Shown here one piece after another: positions 41,764 to 51,683 of a stretch of 64,000 nucleotides of DNA (position 1 is its first letter; every line of letters begins with the position of its first letter). Origin of the DNA: Lysobacterales bacterium (lineage in GTDB: Bacteria > Pseudomonadota > Gammaproteobacteria > Xanthomonadales > SZUA-36); assembly GCA_963664065.1 (NCBI GenBank), contig OY760942.1:2545689-2609688 (forward strand). The letters are read 5' to 3'. The position numbers and the translations under genes are program-made. Below the pieces are notes generated by a model. That model was not told the origin of the DNA and ran no database searches. It saw only the letters and a list, made by a program, of their open reading frames with translations.

Positions 41764-42994
41764 TCAGCGCATCGGCAAAGCCGGACGTCGAAACCTGGGT
41801 TGCGCCTTCCATCTGGCGGGCAAAATCATAGGTCACCACTTTTTGCGCGATGGTTTTTTGAAATGCCTGGCCGATCAGCGTTGAAACCTCTCCCCAGCCA
41901 ATGTAATCAAACATCATGCAGCCGGAAAACATCAACGAACTGGGGTTTACCTTGTCCAGGTTGGCATATTTGGGTGCGGTGCCATGGGTCGCTTCAAATA
42001 CGGCAATGTGGTCCGCCATGTTGGCGCCGGGCGCGATACCCATACCACCCACTTCCGCAGCCATGGCATCGGACAGGTAATCTCCGTTCAGGTTTGAAGT
42101 TGCAATAACGCTGAATTCGGCCGGACGCAATAGCATTAGCTGGAACATGATGTCTGCAATCCGGTCCTTGATGACCACCTTGCCCTCCGGTGCCTTGCCG
42201 TCATGGTCCTCCCACATGTCGGCCTCAGTGATGGTCTGATCAGCAAACTCTTCAGCGGCCAGTTCATAGCCCCAGTTACGGAACGCACCTTCGGTAAATT
42301 TCTGGATATTACCCTTGTGAACAAGCGTGACGCTGTCCTTGCCGTTATCAATCGCGTACTGGATAGCCTTTCGAACCAGGCGCTTGGTACCGAATGCGGA
42401 GATGGGCTTGATGCCAATGCCTGCACCCTCAAAGAATTCCGCACCCATTTCCTCACGCAGAAATTTCGCGAGTTTTTCGTTTTCCGGTGTCCCAGAGGCA
42501 TATTCGATGCCTGCATAAACATCCTCGGTGTTCTCCCGGAATAATATCGCGTCCACCTCCTCAGGATGCTTCACAGGCGAAGGAACGCCAAGGTAGTAGG
42601 TGACCGGCCGCACACAGGCATAAAGATCCAGTTCCTGGCGCAGGGAGACGTTTAACGACCTGAATCCTCCACCAACCGGAGTCGTCAGGGGACCCTTGAT
42701 CGCCACGACCAAATCCTGGATCGCTTGCAGGGTTTCTGCCGGGAAATAATCTCCATCATAGATACCGGCCGCCTTCTCGCCCAGATACAGTTCCGCCCAG
42801 TGCACTTTCCGGCGCCCACCATAAGCCAAATCTACCGCAGCCTCCCAGATTCTCAGTGCTGCGCTGGTGATGTCAGGGCCAATACCGTCGCCTTCAACGA
42901 AGCCGAGGATGGGCTGATCTGTGACCTGAAGCTGATTGTTACTGATGGTGATTTTGTCTCCGCTTTCCGGGAGACGGATATGGCGATAGCTCAT
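41750..42994 (-). CDS. icd: NADP-dependent isocitrate dehydrogenase
   Basis: [43 protein letters not shown] is colinear with E. coli Icd. It also has [18 protein letters not shown] and [11 protein letters not shown] preferred the internal ATG at 42994. Confidence 0.93.
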   Translation of the reverse strand: MSYRHIRLPESGDKITISNNQLQVTDQPILGFVEGDGIGPDITSAALRIWEAAVDLAYGGRRKVHWAELYLGEKAAGIYDGDYFPAETLQAIQDLVVAIKGPLTTPVGGGFRSLNVSLRQELDLYACVRPVTYYLGVPSPVKHPEEVDAILFRENTEDVYAGIEYASGTPENEKLAKFLREEMGAEFFEGAGIGIKPISAFGTKRLVRKAIQYAIDNGKDSVTLVHKGNIQKFTEGAFRNWGYELAAEEFADQTITEADMWEDHDGKAPEGKVVIKDRIADIMFQLMLLRPAEFSVIATSNLNGDYLSDAMAAEVGGMGIAPGANMADHIAVFEATHGTAPKYANLDKVNPSSLMFSGCMMFDYIGWGEVSTLIGQAFQKTIAQKVVTYDFARQMEGATQVSTSGFADALIGNL

Positions 42995-43273
42995 GTTTCG
43001 GATTCCTGCCTTATTGGTTTTCTGCACTCGTCATTATACCGGCGATTGTTCCGGTGCCGATGTTCTACCTGTGCGGCGGAGGCCGAAGAAAGCGCTGAAT
43101 TCCGGTTGTTTCGCACTTGCTTGGCTTTTTTCGCCAATCCCTGGTTTTCGACAGGTCGATGACTGCCTGTATTAACTCTTTCAGTTTCAAAAACTTATAG
43201 GTCCGACAAACTCCTGCATACATGGCACGAAATGTGCACCTTAATTAGTGGGTTTCATATTCAGGAGAAAAAT

Positions 43274-43513
43274 ATGGGTCGTGGATCCGCGGGAAACATC
43301 ATTGCAGGATTAGCCAGCTTCTTCATACCCGGCCTTGGGCAGTTGTTGCAGGGTCGCCTCCTGCTGGCCGGATTCATGTTCGTAATGACCTGGATTATGT
43401 GGTTATTGCTGCTGGGCTGGGTCATTCACCTTTGGTCCATCATTGACGCAGCAATCTTCGACCCACCGGTGCCGAGGCGTTACCCGCACGATCGCTACAG
43501 CCGCTATGCCTGA
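43274..43513 (+). CDS. Small membrane protein (two hydrophobic helices)
   Basis: The ATG at 43274 is preceded by CAGGAGAAAAAT. The sequence is MGRGSAGNIIAGLASFFIPGLGQLLQGRLLLAGFMFVMTWIMWLLLLGWVIHLW. Confidence 0.55.
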   Translation: MGRGSAGNIIAGLASFFIPGLGQLLQGRLLLAGFMFVMTWIMWLLLLGWVIHLWSIIDAAIFDPPVPRRYPHDRYSRYA

Positions 43514-43578
43514 TCCTTGCCCCGGGATTGCGCCCGCCTGATTAAGCGGGCACTCTATTCTCCTGACAGGAGAGGGAA

Positions 43579-44064
43579 GTGTCCGTAAATCAATTGCTCA
43601 TCCGGCCGGCCCTCAAATCAGACGCTGAGCTGATCCTGGTTTTTATCAGCGAACTTGCCGAATACGAACACCTTGCCCACGAAGTTGTGGCCACCCCGAC
43701 CCAACTGGAAGCAAGCCTGTTTGGCCGGAACCCGGTTGCCGAAGTCGTGATCGCCGAATGGGATGGCCTGCCCGCTGGCTTCGCTCTTTTCTTCGCCAAT
43801 TATTCCACTTTCCTCGCCGCGCCTGGCATTTACCTGGAAGACCTGTTTGTACGACCCGAATTTCGCGGCAAAGGCATCGGCAAAGCCCTGTTGCTTCACC
43901 TTGCCGGTATCGTTCTTGAACGTGGCTGGGGGCGCCTGGACTGGTCGGTGCTTGACTGGAATGAGCCAGCAATCGACTTTTACCGTAGCATTGGCGCGAG
44001 ACCACTGGATGACTGGACCCAGTTCCGGCTCGATGGCGATGCCCTGGCAATGCTGGCCAGGTAG
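43579..44064 (+). CDS. GNAT-family N-acetyltransferase
   Basis: 161 aa with a GTG start. LFVRPEFRGKGIGKALL is acetyl-CoA-binding motif A. Confidence 0.85.
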   Translation: MSVNQLLIRPALKSDAELILVFISELAEYEHLAHEVVATPTQLEASLFGRNPVAEVVIAEWDGLPAGFALFFANYSTFLAAPGIYLEDLFVRPEFRGKGIGKALLLHLAGIVLERGWGRLDWSVLDWNEPAIDFYRSIGARPLDDWTQFRLDGDALAMLAR

Positions 44065-44087
44065 AAGCCGATGATCAAATGAATCCG

Positions 44088-44786
44088 CTACAGAATCTCG
44101 ACCGTAAAGCTGAACGGCATCAGGAAGATTCCTGCCAGGTCCCTGCCACCCGGCAGCGTGACGTAGGCACGATTACCTGGCTCGGCAGTTATGCTCCAGC
44201 TGGTAGTCGTGTTACGCACGACGGTGACGAAGTTGCTTTTGTTTTTGCAGGGACTACCCCCTCTGACACCGGGGTTAAACTCGATAAAACCCGGGCCCTG
44301 GCCATCATCAAACTCGTAATAAATACGCATGGGTGCGGATATGGTGTCACCTACTGCCATGCTCAAGACACCGTCTGATTGCACATCATTGGCATTAAGT
44401 TTGATTGCGGTCAGGTCAATGACCCCGTTATCCACCGGTGCGAGTGGCGAGATGCAATTGCCGTCATAACACTCTGCGAAATCCAGGTACAGCCCACGTG
44501 CAGATTTCGCAAGCTTCAGCCAGACATTCCCGTAACTGGCCTTGGAGCCAATGAATGCCTCAACACCACTAAGCCCGTACACATATGGCGTGATGATATC
44601 GCTGCCCACGCGGTCATAAAATGGGTCATCCCGAAACGTGATGCTGATCGGAACAATGCCGCCGCCATCATCACCTTTTCCACTGCCCCCGCCGCCTTTT
44701 CCAGCAGGCGGTTTTGCTGATGCTGTTGACGCAAGAGCCAGCAAAAGCGTTGTGATTAATAGGTATTTTGAAATTCGGACTTTCAT
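44088..44786 (-). CDS. Secreted hypothetical protein (signal peptide, Gly-rich linker, beta-rich body)
   Basis: MKVRISKYLLITTLLLALASTASA|KPPAGKGGGGSGKGDDGGG... I recognise no family. I preferred the ATG at 44786. Confidence 0.6.
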   Translation of the reverse strand: MKVRISKYLLITTLLLALASTASAKPPAGKGGGGSGKGDDGGGIVPISITFRDDPFYDRVGSDIITPYVYGLSGVEAFIGSKASYGNVWLKLAKSARGLYLDFAECYDGNCISPLAPVDNGVIDLTAIKLNANDVQSDGVLSMAVGDTISAPMRIYYEFDDGQGPGFIEFNPGVRGGSPCKNKSNFVTVVRNTTTSWSITAEPGNRAYVTLPGGRDLAGIFLMPFSFTVEIL

Positions 44787-44957
44787 CGTATGTTCCTCCA
44801 ATGGATGTTTTCGATGTGCCGAATTTCGTCTTTTCCGGGCAAATCAGCAAGATGCATAGTCGGCATGGCCGGAAATGTCCCTCTTTGCCCTGCCATGCCC
44901 CCTGTTTGTAGCTGGAACGATGGCGTAATAGAATCATCGGGCTCCGCTGGACATAAC

Positions 44958-47123
44958 ATGAACGACAACCAGGACCACATACCCAATAAGGCTTCTGACC
45001 AGGCTCAGGATGACCGCCTCGAGTCCTGGAAGCGGATTTCGAACTACCTGAACCGTGATATCCGCACGCTGCGCCGTTGGGAAAAAAGCGAAGACCTGCC
45101 GATACACCGGCACATGCACGAAGCACAGGCCACTGTGTATGCCTACAAATCTGAGCTGAATGCATGGCTGGCAAGCCGTAGCGCCGCATCCGGGACGGCC
45201 AGTAAAACCAGGCAAGCTACTCCTATCAGCAAACCACAGTGGCGGGCCACAATCTATCTTGTATTCGCTGCAATTGCGGTCTTGCTGTTACTCAAAATGC
45301 CACCCTTCACACCGGAATTACCCTTCGAGGCACGTGACTGGATCCTGATTACGCAATTTGAAAACCGAACTGGCGAAGATGTATTTAAAGGGACGCTGGA
45401 GTACGCCCTGCAACGTGAGCTCAGCAACTCGCAATATGTCAACGTGGTGTCCCGTGAACGCATCAGCGATTCGCTCGCCATGATGAAGCTACCCGCCGAT
45501 TCCGCGATAAACAAGGAGATTGGCAGAGAAATCAGCCTCCGGGACGGTGGCATCAAAGCCCTGATGACCGGGCGCCTCGAAAAACTGGGTGAAAACTACC
45601 TTCTTGGCACCGAACTGGTAGAGCCTTCCAGTGGCGTAACAGTAGCCAGTTTCAGCGAAACGGCTGCAGGTGAAGCACAGCTGGTGACCGCGATCCACAG
45701 TCTGGCGAACGAGGTTCGCAAGACCCTTGGGGAATCCCTGGCTGATATTGAAACAGAATCGGCGGAACTGGAAAAAGTAACCACACCATCCCTTCGTGCA
45801 TTGCAACTATATTCACAGGCAGATGCACTTTTTATTGAGAACAAGAGCCAAGCACATCAACTTCTGTTGCAAGCCCTGGAGATGGGTCTTGATTTTGCTT
45901 CAGCCCACGTCCTGCTGGGGTATCTATTCAAGGATTGGGGCGATAGGGAGCGATCCGACTTTCATTTTCAACGGGCCATGGACCTGGCTGAAACCACCAC
46001 CGAAAGGGAACGGTATTTCATCCTCTCCAGTTTTTACAGCTACCAGGAATTTAACCGGGCAAAAGCCGTCAATGTACTGGAATTGCTGGTGCGTCGATAC
46101 CCCGATCATTACTGGGCCAACAGCCGCCTAGAATGGATACATCGCCAGCTGGGCCAACCGCTGCGTGCCCTGCCTTACGCAATGCGCAGAGCCGATCTGC
46201 GGCCGAATAATTTCTATCATCAAATTTTTACCGTTCAGAAAATTCTGGAAACAGGCAATACACAGGATCATTTGCCGTACCTGGGGCGGGCAAAAGGTCT
46301 TGCAAACAAAGATTTTCAACAGGCGTGGTTACACTCTTTGGATGTCAGCAAGAATTGGCTGGAAGGCGATATTGCCAAAGCACACGCCTTGGTAATGAAG
46401 TTCCACCACGAAGCGGTGGCTGATCCTGGGAATTACAATTACTCCCTTGCCTGGCGGGCTGCTATGTACTACCTCGCTCTGGGTCGACTTCAGGAAGCGA
46501 AAGCCCTGCTGTCAGAATGGACAACACCACCCGAGATGCTCGCGCTTTTTCATCTTGCTACAGGAGATATTCCGGCCCTGGAGGCAAATTTGGCAGATGC
46601 TGAGGCTACGTACCACACCGCGATCCTGCTTGCACGCGCCGGGAAACCAGCAGAAGCGGAAATCGTTCTGGCAGACCCTGCGATCAGGGATCGATTGAAT
46701 TCGCCCCTCATTGTGAGTTTCTGGGAAGGACTGACACGCGGTGAATTGGCCTTGGCACGGGGGGCATATAAAGAAGCAGTCATTCAGTTCGAAACCAACT
46801 CCGATATCCCCCCTATGTGGCCAAACGCTTTCTTCTTCCTCGGCGCTGATGGTATGGCCAGTGCCCTGGATAAACTCGGAGATACTGAAGCGGCAATTGA
46901 AGTGCTCGAGCGCGCCAGCCGTGAGCGAGCTGGATCGATATTCGGGCCCGCAGCTACCTTGTTTTGGATGAAAAACCAGTTAGCTCTGATGAATCTCTAC
47001 GATCAAACCGGGCAGCCTGATAAAGCCTGGCAAATCGAAATTGAGCTCAGAAAACTGCTTTCGGTCGCCGATGCTGATCATCCCGTCCTGATGGACCTGG
47101 ACACGCTTTCTGCAATGGAATGA
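44958..47123 (+). CDS. Membrane-anchored regulator-like protein: N-terminal HTH, one TM segment, periplasmic domain, TPR repeats
   Basis: LESWKRISNYLNRDIRTLRRWEKSEDLPIHRH (HTH), WRATIYLVFAAIAVLLLL (TM), then TPR-like helices. The ATG at 44958 was chosen, since the ORF-track upstream extension overlaps the divergent gene. Confidence 0.65.
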   Translation: MNDNQDHIPNKASDQAQDDRLESWKRISNYLNRDIRTLRRWEKSEDLPIHRHMHEAQATVYAYKSELNAWLASRSAASGTASKTRQATPISKPQWRATIYLVFAAIAVLLLLKMPPFTPELPFEARDWILITQFENRTGEDVFKGTLEYALQRELSNSQYVNVVSRERISDSLAMMKLPADSAINKEIGREISLRDGGIKALMTGRLEKLGENYLLGTELVEPSSGVTVASFSETAAGEAQLVTAIHSLANEVRKTLGESLADIETESAELEKVTTPSLRALQLYSQADALFIENKSQAHQLLLQALEMGLDFASAHVLLGYLFKDWGDRERSDFHFQRAMDLAETTTERERYFILSSFYSYQEFNRAKAVNVLELLVRRYPDHYWANSRLEWIHRQLGQPLRALPYAMRRADLRPNNFYHQIFTVQKILETGNTQDHLPYLGRAKGLANKDFQQAWLHSLDVSKNWLEGDIAKAHALVMKFHHEAVADPGNYNYSLAWRAAMYYLALGRLQEAKALLSEWTTPPEMLALFHLATGDIPALEANLADAEATYHTAILLARAGKPAEAEIVLADPAIRDRLNSPLIVSFWEGLTRGELALARGAYKEAVIQFETNSDIPPMWPNAFFFLGADGMASALDKLGDTEAAIEVLERASRERAGSIFGPAATLFWMKNQLALMNLYDQTGQPDKAWQIEIELRKLLSVADADHPVLMDLDTLSAME

Positions 47124-47245
47124 CCTTACGTAACAGGAGGGCGGATTCAACTATTTGGAACCTTGCTTTTACTTCCTCTTTTGGCCTGTGATCTCAACCG
47201 GTCGATGCAACACAAGCGGTAAATTTCTGTGCCAGGATATCCGGT

Positions 47246-47857
47246 TCAGGCCTCCAATGAACCAAATATCCGTGATTCTACCGCCGCCGGCCTGGCCCTC
47301 AAGCGATCCATGTACCCAGCCAAACTGCCCTCACAGGGCAACAATTCTGCTTGTATCGCGATACGAAGCACGTAGCCGGCGCAGATATCTGCTATTGAAA
47401 ACTGGTCGCACAGGTAGCCATCTCCAGGTAGAGCAGCGGTAAAGGATTCCAGCCTGCCGCGCACTTCATCGCCAACGATGTCTCGCCACCCTCCGTTCAC
47501 AATCCCGCGGCTGGCCAGGAAGTAATTCACGGTTGGCAATTCCAGTGTAGAGGAGGTGAGGTGAAGTAATTGCCAGAATTTCGCCCGCTGCTTCGAATCG
47601 GCGGGAATCAACCCGGCTTCCGGGCGCTTTTCTGCCAGCGAGATACAAATGGCGGAAGACTCTATCATGGCTTCATCATCAATGACGGCAGACGGCACCT
47701 GGGCATAGGGATTCAGCGCCAGGTATTCCTCGCCATGGTGGTCGCCCAGCTTGAGCCGTGATTCTTCGATTTCATAGCCAAGCTCGCAGGCCGTCCAGCG
47801 TACCTTTCCGCTGCGATCCACATCGGCGAAAGAATAAAGCTTTATGGAATTGCTCAT
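47246..47857 (-). CDS. Glutathione S-transferase
   Basis: 203 aa with an N-terminal thioredoxin-like GST fold (VRWTACELGYEIEE...QVPSAVIDD) and an alpha-helical C-terminal domain. Confidence 0.8.
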   Translation of the reverse strand: MSNSIKLYSFADVDRSGKVRWTACELGYEIEESRLKLGDHHGEEYLALNPYAQVPSAVIDDEAMIESSAICISLAEKRPEAGLIPADSKQRAKFWQLLHLTSSTLELPTVNYFLASRGIVNGGWRDIVGDEVRGRLESFTAALPGDGYLCDQFSIADICAGYVLRIAIQAELLPCEGSLAGYMDRLRARPAAVESRIFGSLEA

Positions 47858-47955
47858 GGCACTGCTCCTGAAACGATTTCATTATAACCAGTGATTCACG
47901 ACTCAAAACGCAGTTTTGCTAAGATGGCCTCTTTTCAAGACCAGCGGAGTGTTTG

Positions 47956-48381
47956 ATGTACTACAAACCCCTTTTAATCCCCCTGCTGATACAAGTGTTG
48001 CTGACATTTTCCGTGTGGCTTCGAATGTATGCGCAGCGTATCCATGAAATGCGAAGCAAAGGAATTGCAGCACAACAGGTTTCTACCAGGGCTAAAGGGC
48101 GGGAGCAATTGCTGGACTCTACCGCTTCTGCTGACAATCTCATGAACCAGTTCGAAATGCCGGTACTTTTCTATACGGTGATACTGCTGGCGCTCATCCT
48201 GATGTGGCAGGACCCGTTGCTGGTCGCATTTTCCTGGGTGTTTGTGGCTTTACGCATTGTGCATAGCATCATTCATACGACTTACAACAAGGTTTTGCAC
48301 CGGTTCTGGGTTTACATCTTCAGTTGCGGCGCCCTGCTTTGTATGTGGATCAGGCTCGGTTCGTATATGATTTTCGCATAA
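47956..48381 (+). CDS. MAPEG-family membrane protein
   Basis: About 141 aa with four hydrophobic helices. FALRIVHSIIHTTYN is a typical MAPEG motif. Confidence 0.7.
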   Translation: MYYKPLLIPLLIQVLLTFSVWLRMYAQRIHEMRSKGIAAQQVSTRAKGREQLLDSTASADNLMNQFEMPVLFYTVILLALILMWQDPLLVAFSWVFVALRIVHSIIHTTYNKVLHRFWVYIFSCGALLCMWIRLGSYMIFA

Positions 48382-48399
48382 AATTATGGAGTTTCGATC

Positions 48400-48804
48400 A
48401 TGACTGATGCTTCAAGTGTTTCCGGCAGTTGTTTTTGCGGCGCCGTCCGATTCCATTTCGAGTTGCCCAGCAAATGGTGTGCTCATTGTCATTGCAGTAT
48501 GTGCCGCAAAGTACACGGTGCCGGTTATGTCACCTGGGTGGGGTTTGAGAATTCGCGTTTTCATCTTGACCAGGGTGAGGAGGAACTGAACTGGTTCGAA
48601 TCTTCGAAAGGCGCCAGCCGGGGTTTTTGCAGCAACTGCAGCAGCAGTATGTTTTTCAGATCCGAGCGCTGGGCTGGTGAGTTACATGTTGCCCTGGCCT
48701 GTCTTGACGACCCTATCGACCGCGATCCCCAGGCCCATGCTTTTCATGACAGCCACGTGGACTGGATGCCAATTGACGATGCCCTGAAAATGTATAAGGG
48801 GTAA
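48400..48804 (+). CDS. GFA-family (CENP-V/glutathione-dependent formaldehyde-activating) protein
   Basis: 134 aa with GSCFCGAVRF, CHCSMCRK and FCSNCSS zinc-binding Cys motifs. Confidence 0.85.
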   Translation: MTDASSVSGSCFCGAVRFHFELPSKWCAHCHCSMCRKVHGAGYVTWVGFENSRFHLDQGEEELNWFESSKGASRGFCSNCSSSMFFRSERWAGELHVALACLDDPIDRDPQAHAFHDSHVDWMPIDDALKMYKG

Positions 48805-48813
48805 GCGTTCTTT

Positions 48814-49023
48814 ATGCTCAAGTTGAAAAGCTCCTGCGAACGTTGCGCACGGCCACTGCCACCATCTTCTGCGCAGGCCTGTATATGCAGTTTTGAATGC
48901 ACTTTTTGCTTGGACTGCGTTGACAATGAGCTGGAAGGCGTATGCCCGAACTGTGGTGGCAATTTGGAAAAGCGGCCGATCAGGCCGGTGACGATGTTGG
49001 TAAAGTACCCGCCGGAGACATAG
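48814..49023 (+). CDS. DUF1272-domain protein
   Basis: 69 aa. MLKLKSSCERCARPLPPSSAQACICSFECTFCLDCVDNELEGVCPNCGGNL matches the DUF1272 Cys pattern. Confidence 0.8.
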   Translation: MLKLKSSCERCARPLPPSSAQACICSFECTFCLDCVDNELEGVCPNCGGNLEKRPIRPVTMLVKYPPET

Positions 49024-49028
49024 TGTCC

Positions 49029-49766
49029 TCAATGATCGTGAACATCCGTCGCATCCGGTAAGGTCCAGTCAAGCTGCTCCAGGTCCTGCTGCTGAAAATA
49101 TTCGTTCGCTTTCGAAAAATGCCGGCACCCGAAAAATCCACGGTGCGCAGACAGTGGCGAGGGGTGCGGGGCAATCAGAACACAATGCCGTTCACGATCG
49201 ATGACAGCGCCTTTTTTCAAGGCATAACTACCCCACAACATAAACACCAGGCCATCACGCCCGGCATTCAGAAGACGTACGATATGGTCAGTAAACTGCT
49301 CCCAGCCCTTGCCCTGATGAGCACCCGCATTGCCTCTTTCAACCGTCAACACGGAATTCAGCAATAAAACGCCCTGGCTTGCCCAGGATTGCAGGTTGCC
49401 GTGATCCGGCGTGGATACTCCCAGGTCCGATTCGAGTTCCTTGAAAATATTGATGAGAGAAGGCGGGGTTGGCACCCCAAGCCGAACCGAAAAGCACAAC
49501 CCATGCGCCTGACCCGGGCCGTGATAGGGATCCTGGCCCAGGATAACGACTTTGACCTGTTCAAACGCGGTGGAGTTAAGTGCATTAAAGATCTTGTTCC
49601 CCGGCGGATAAATCACTACGCCAGCCCGCTTGCGGGAAAGCAGGAACTCACGTAATTCCGACATGTAAGATTGCTGGAATTCAGGTTCCAGCCGGGACTT
49701 CCAGGAGTCCTCCAACTGGATTTGACGATTGCTTGAAGCTTGACTTTCAGACATAGACTGCTTCAT
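49029..49766 (-). CDS. ung: Uracil-DNA glycosylase
   Basis: 245 aa with [31 protein letters not shown] and the [13 protein letters not shown] motifs. Confidence 0.95.
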   Translation of the reverse strand: MKQSMSESQASSNRQIQLEDSWKSRLEPEFQQSYMSELREFLLSRKRAGVVIYPPGNKIFNALNSTAFEQVKVVILGQDPYHGPGQAHGLCFSVRLGVPTPPSLINIFKELESDLGVSTPDHGNLQSWASQGVLLLNSVLTVERGNAGAHQGKGWEQFTDHIVRLLNAGRDGLVFMLWGSYALKKGAVIDRERHCVLIAPHPSPLSAHRGFFGCRHFSKANEYFQQQDLEQLDWTLPDATDVHDH

Positions 49767-49943
49767 TTCTTCCTGCTGCTTACCTTGAATTTACCGGGGC
49801 CTGAAATCACTTATCAGGACACCGCAACGAGAACCCATTTCGTTCAGTTCAAGGAACGACAAGCGTAATGTACTATAGGCACTTTAGCGAGGAGCAGCGC
49901 TGATCAGCGTGAAGGTTTTCGCACATTTCTAACAGGAATCTTT

Positions 49944-50966
49944 ATGCCAATCACCACAGATGTAGTCATTATCGGTGCAGGTCCGACCGGGCTTTTCCAG
50001 GTTTTCGAACTGGGACTGCTGGATATCAAGGGCCATGTCGTTGATTCGTTGCCCCAGGTTGGCGGGCAGTGTGCGGAGTTGTATCCGGACAAGCCAATCT
50101 ACGATATTCCTGCATTCCCGATCGTAGGCGCACAGGAGCTGGTGGACCGTTTGCTTGAGCAGATCAAGCCTTTTAATCCACAATTTCACCTGAAACAAAC
50201 CGTCACAGGTCTTACTCAGCACGAAGACGGACGCTTTACCCTGGTTACCTCGGCCGGCACCGAGTTTGACACTGCCGCCGTCATTATTGCTGCAGGACTC
50301 GGAGCTTTTCAGCCGAGGAAGCTGCGAACCGCTGGCGCCGATGCATGGGATGGAACGCATATTCATTACCAGGTGCGGAACCCCGAACGACTGGCCGGCA
50401 AGAACATCATCATCCTGGGTGGAGGCGATTCTGCGCTGGACTGGACTCTTGAATTGAACGAGCGGGTCGAAAAAATGACCCTGGTCCATCGCCGGGCAGA
50501 ATACAGGGCACAACCCGCATCTGTTAAGCTGATGAAAGAAATTGCTGAAAATGGCGGTTTACAGGAATTTCACGGAATGGTTCGCGAGATCCTTGTTGAA
50601 AACGATAAGTTCCATGGACTTAAAGTAGCTGATTCCGAGGGAGAAATGCACGAACTGGAGGCTGATGAAGTCTTCGTTTTCTGGGGTCTGTCACCCAACC
50701 TGGGGCCGATTGCCGACTGGGGTCTTGAAATAGATAAACGTCAAATCCCGGTCAATACGGAGCAGTTCCAGACCAGCATAACCGGCATTTTTGCGGTGGG
50801 TGATATCAATACCTACACTGGCAAAAAGAAGTTGATACTGAGTGGTTTCCACGAAGCAGCGTTGGCCGCCTTCGGGGTACAAAAGTTACTTCACCCGGAA
50901 AAGAAAGTACACCTTCAGTACACCACCACCAGCCCGATTTTACATAAACGATTGGGCGTGGATTAA
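49944..50966 (+). CDS. Ferredoxin-NADP(+) reductase (thioredoxin-reductase-like type)
   Basis: 340 aa with VVIIGAGPTGLF, GGQCAELYPDKPIYDIPAFP, ILGGGDSALDW and the GDINTY motifs. Confidence 0.85.
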   Translation: MPITTDVVIIGAGPTGLFQVFELGLLDIKGHVVDSLPQVGGQCAELYPDKPIYDIPAFPIVGAQELVDRLLEQIKPFNPQFHLKQTVTGLTQHEDGRFTLVTSAGTEFDTAAVIIAAGLGAFQPRKLRTAGADAWDGTHIHYQVRNPERLAGKNIIILGGGDSALDWTLELNERVEKMTLVHRRAEYRAQPASVKLMKEIAENGGLQEFHGMVREILVENDKFHGLKVADSEGEMHELEADEVFVFWGLSPNLGPIADWGLEIDKRQIPVNTEQFQTSITGIFAVGDINTYTGKKKLILSGFHEAALAAFGVQKLLHPEKKVHLQYTTTSPILHKRLGVD

Positions 50967-51012
50967 ACCATAAATTTGTTCCCAAATCACTGCCGAGAGA
51001 AATTGATCCAAT

Positions 51013-51537
51013 ATGGGACATGTGCAGACAGTTCGCGGGTACTACGCCGCCATTGACAAGTGTCACCGGATTTATCATCGCCGTTTGTGTTTGATCCCTG
51101 AAGGAGAGGTAATACCGGGACACCCCTGCATTGCTGAAAACCGGATCGTGGAGTTCGACGGTTTTCTCGATGTTTCGGATATGATTAATTTCTTCAAGAA
51201 AAATCCCCCGGAACCGGAAACCGTGGCCTTTGATGATATATGGCATCAGACCTATCGAGAGAATGACAAGGAATTTGTTCAAGAGACTGATGATCGTTAT
51301 AAAACCGCCGACGTCACGTTTCCCGGCATAATATCGGCGATAAGAAACCCCGATAACAAACCCTTCCGTATGGTGGACGGACGCAGGCGCATGTGGAAAC
51401 AGCAGGAAGCCGGGGGCAGTGAGGGTTTATTTTACGTAATTCCCGAGCCCGAAATATACCGATATTTTTGGATGATTGTACCGATGGCCGCGTTTCAGAA
51501 TGAACTCAATCGAATTAATAAGCTTCAGAAGGCTTAA
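51013..51537 (+). CDS. Hypothetical protein with a ParB/Srx-like DGxxR motif
   Basis: 174 aa. PFRMVDGRRRMWKQQEAGGSEGLFYVI resembles the ParB N-terminal-domain core. The start is uncertain. Confidence 0.4.
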   Translation: MGHVQTVRGYYAAIDKCHRIYHRRLCLIPEGEVIPGHPCIAENRIVEFDGFLDVSDMINFFKKNPPEPETVAFDDIWHQTYRENDKEFVQETDDRYKTADVTFPGIISAIRNPDNKPFRMVDGRRRMWKQQEAGGSEGLFYVIPEPEIYRYFWMIVPMAAFQNELNRINKLQKA

Positions 51538-51650
51538 CTCTAACTTGCAAATCGGCCAAGCTGTCCTATGCTCAGAATGAGTGGTTCACACATAGCCACC
51601 CCCTTCGGCTGTGCAACGGGTATGACGCCCCATGTGAATTTTCTCATATT

Positions 51651-51683
51651 GACAAGCGGTCAACAGGCCGCTTGTCATTTTAT
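51651..51683. terminator. Hairpin terminator between convergent genes
   Basis: GACAAGCGG-TCAACAGG-CCGCTTGTC followed by ATTTTATT. It overlaps the stop of the amidohydrolase gene. Confidence 0.55.

Noticed and set aside
48593-48602. GGTTCGAATC, a tRNA T-loop-like motif.
   Set aside because: It lies inside the GFA-family coding sequence. No acceptor or anticodon stems can be drawn around it. I found no tRNA or rRNA genes in the window.
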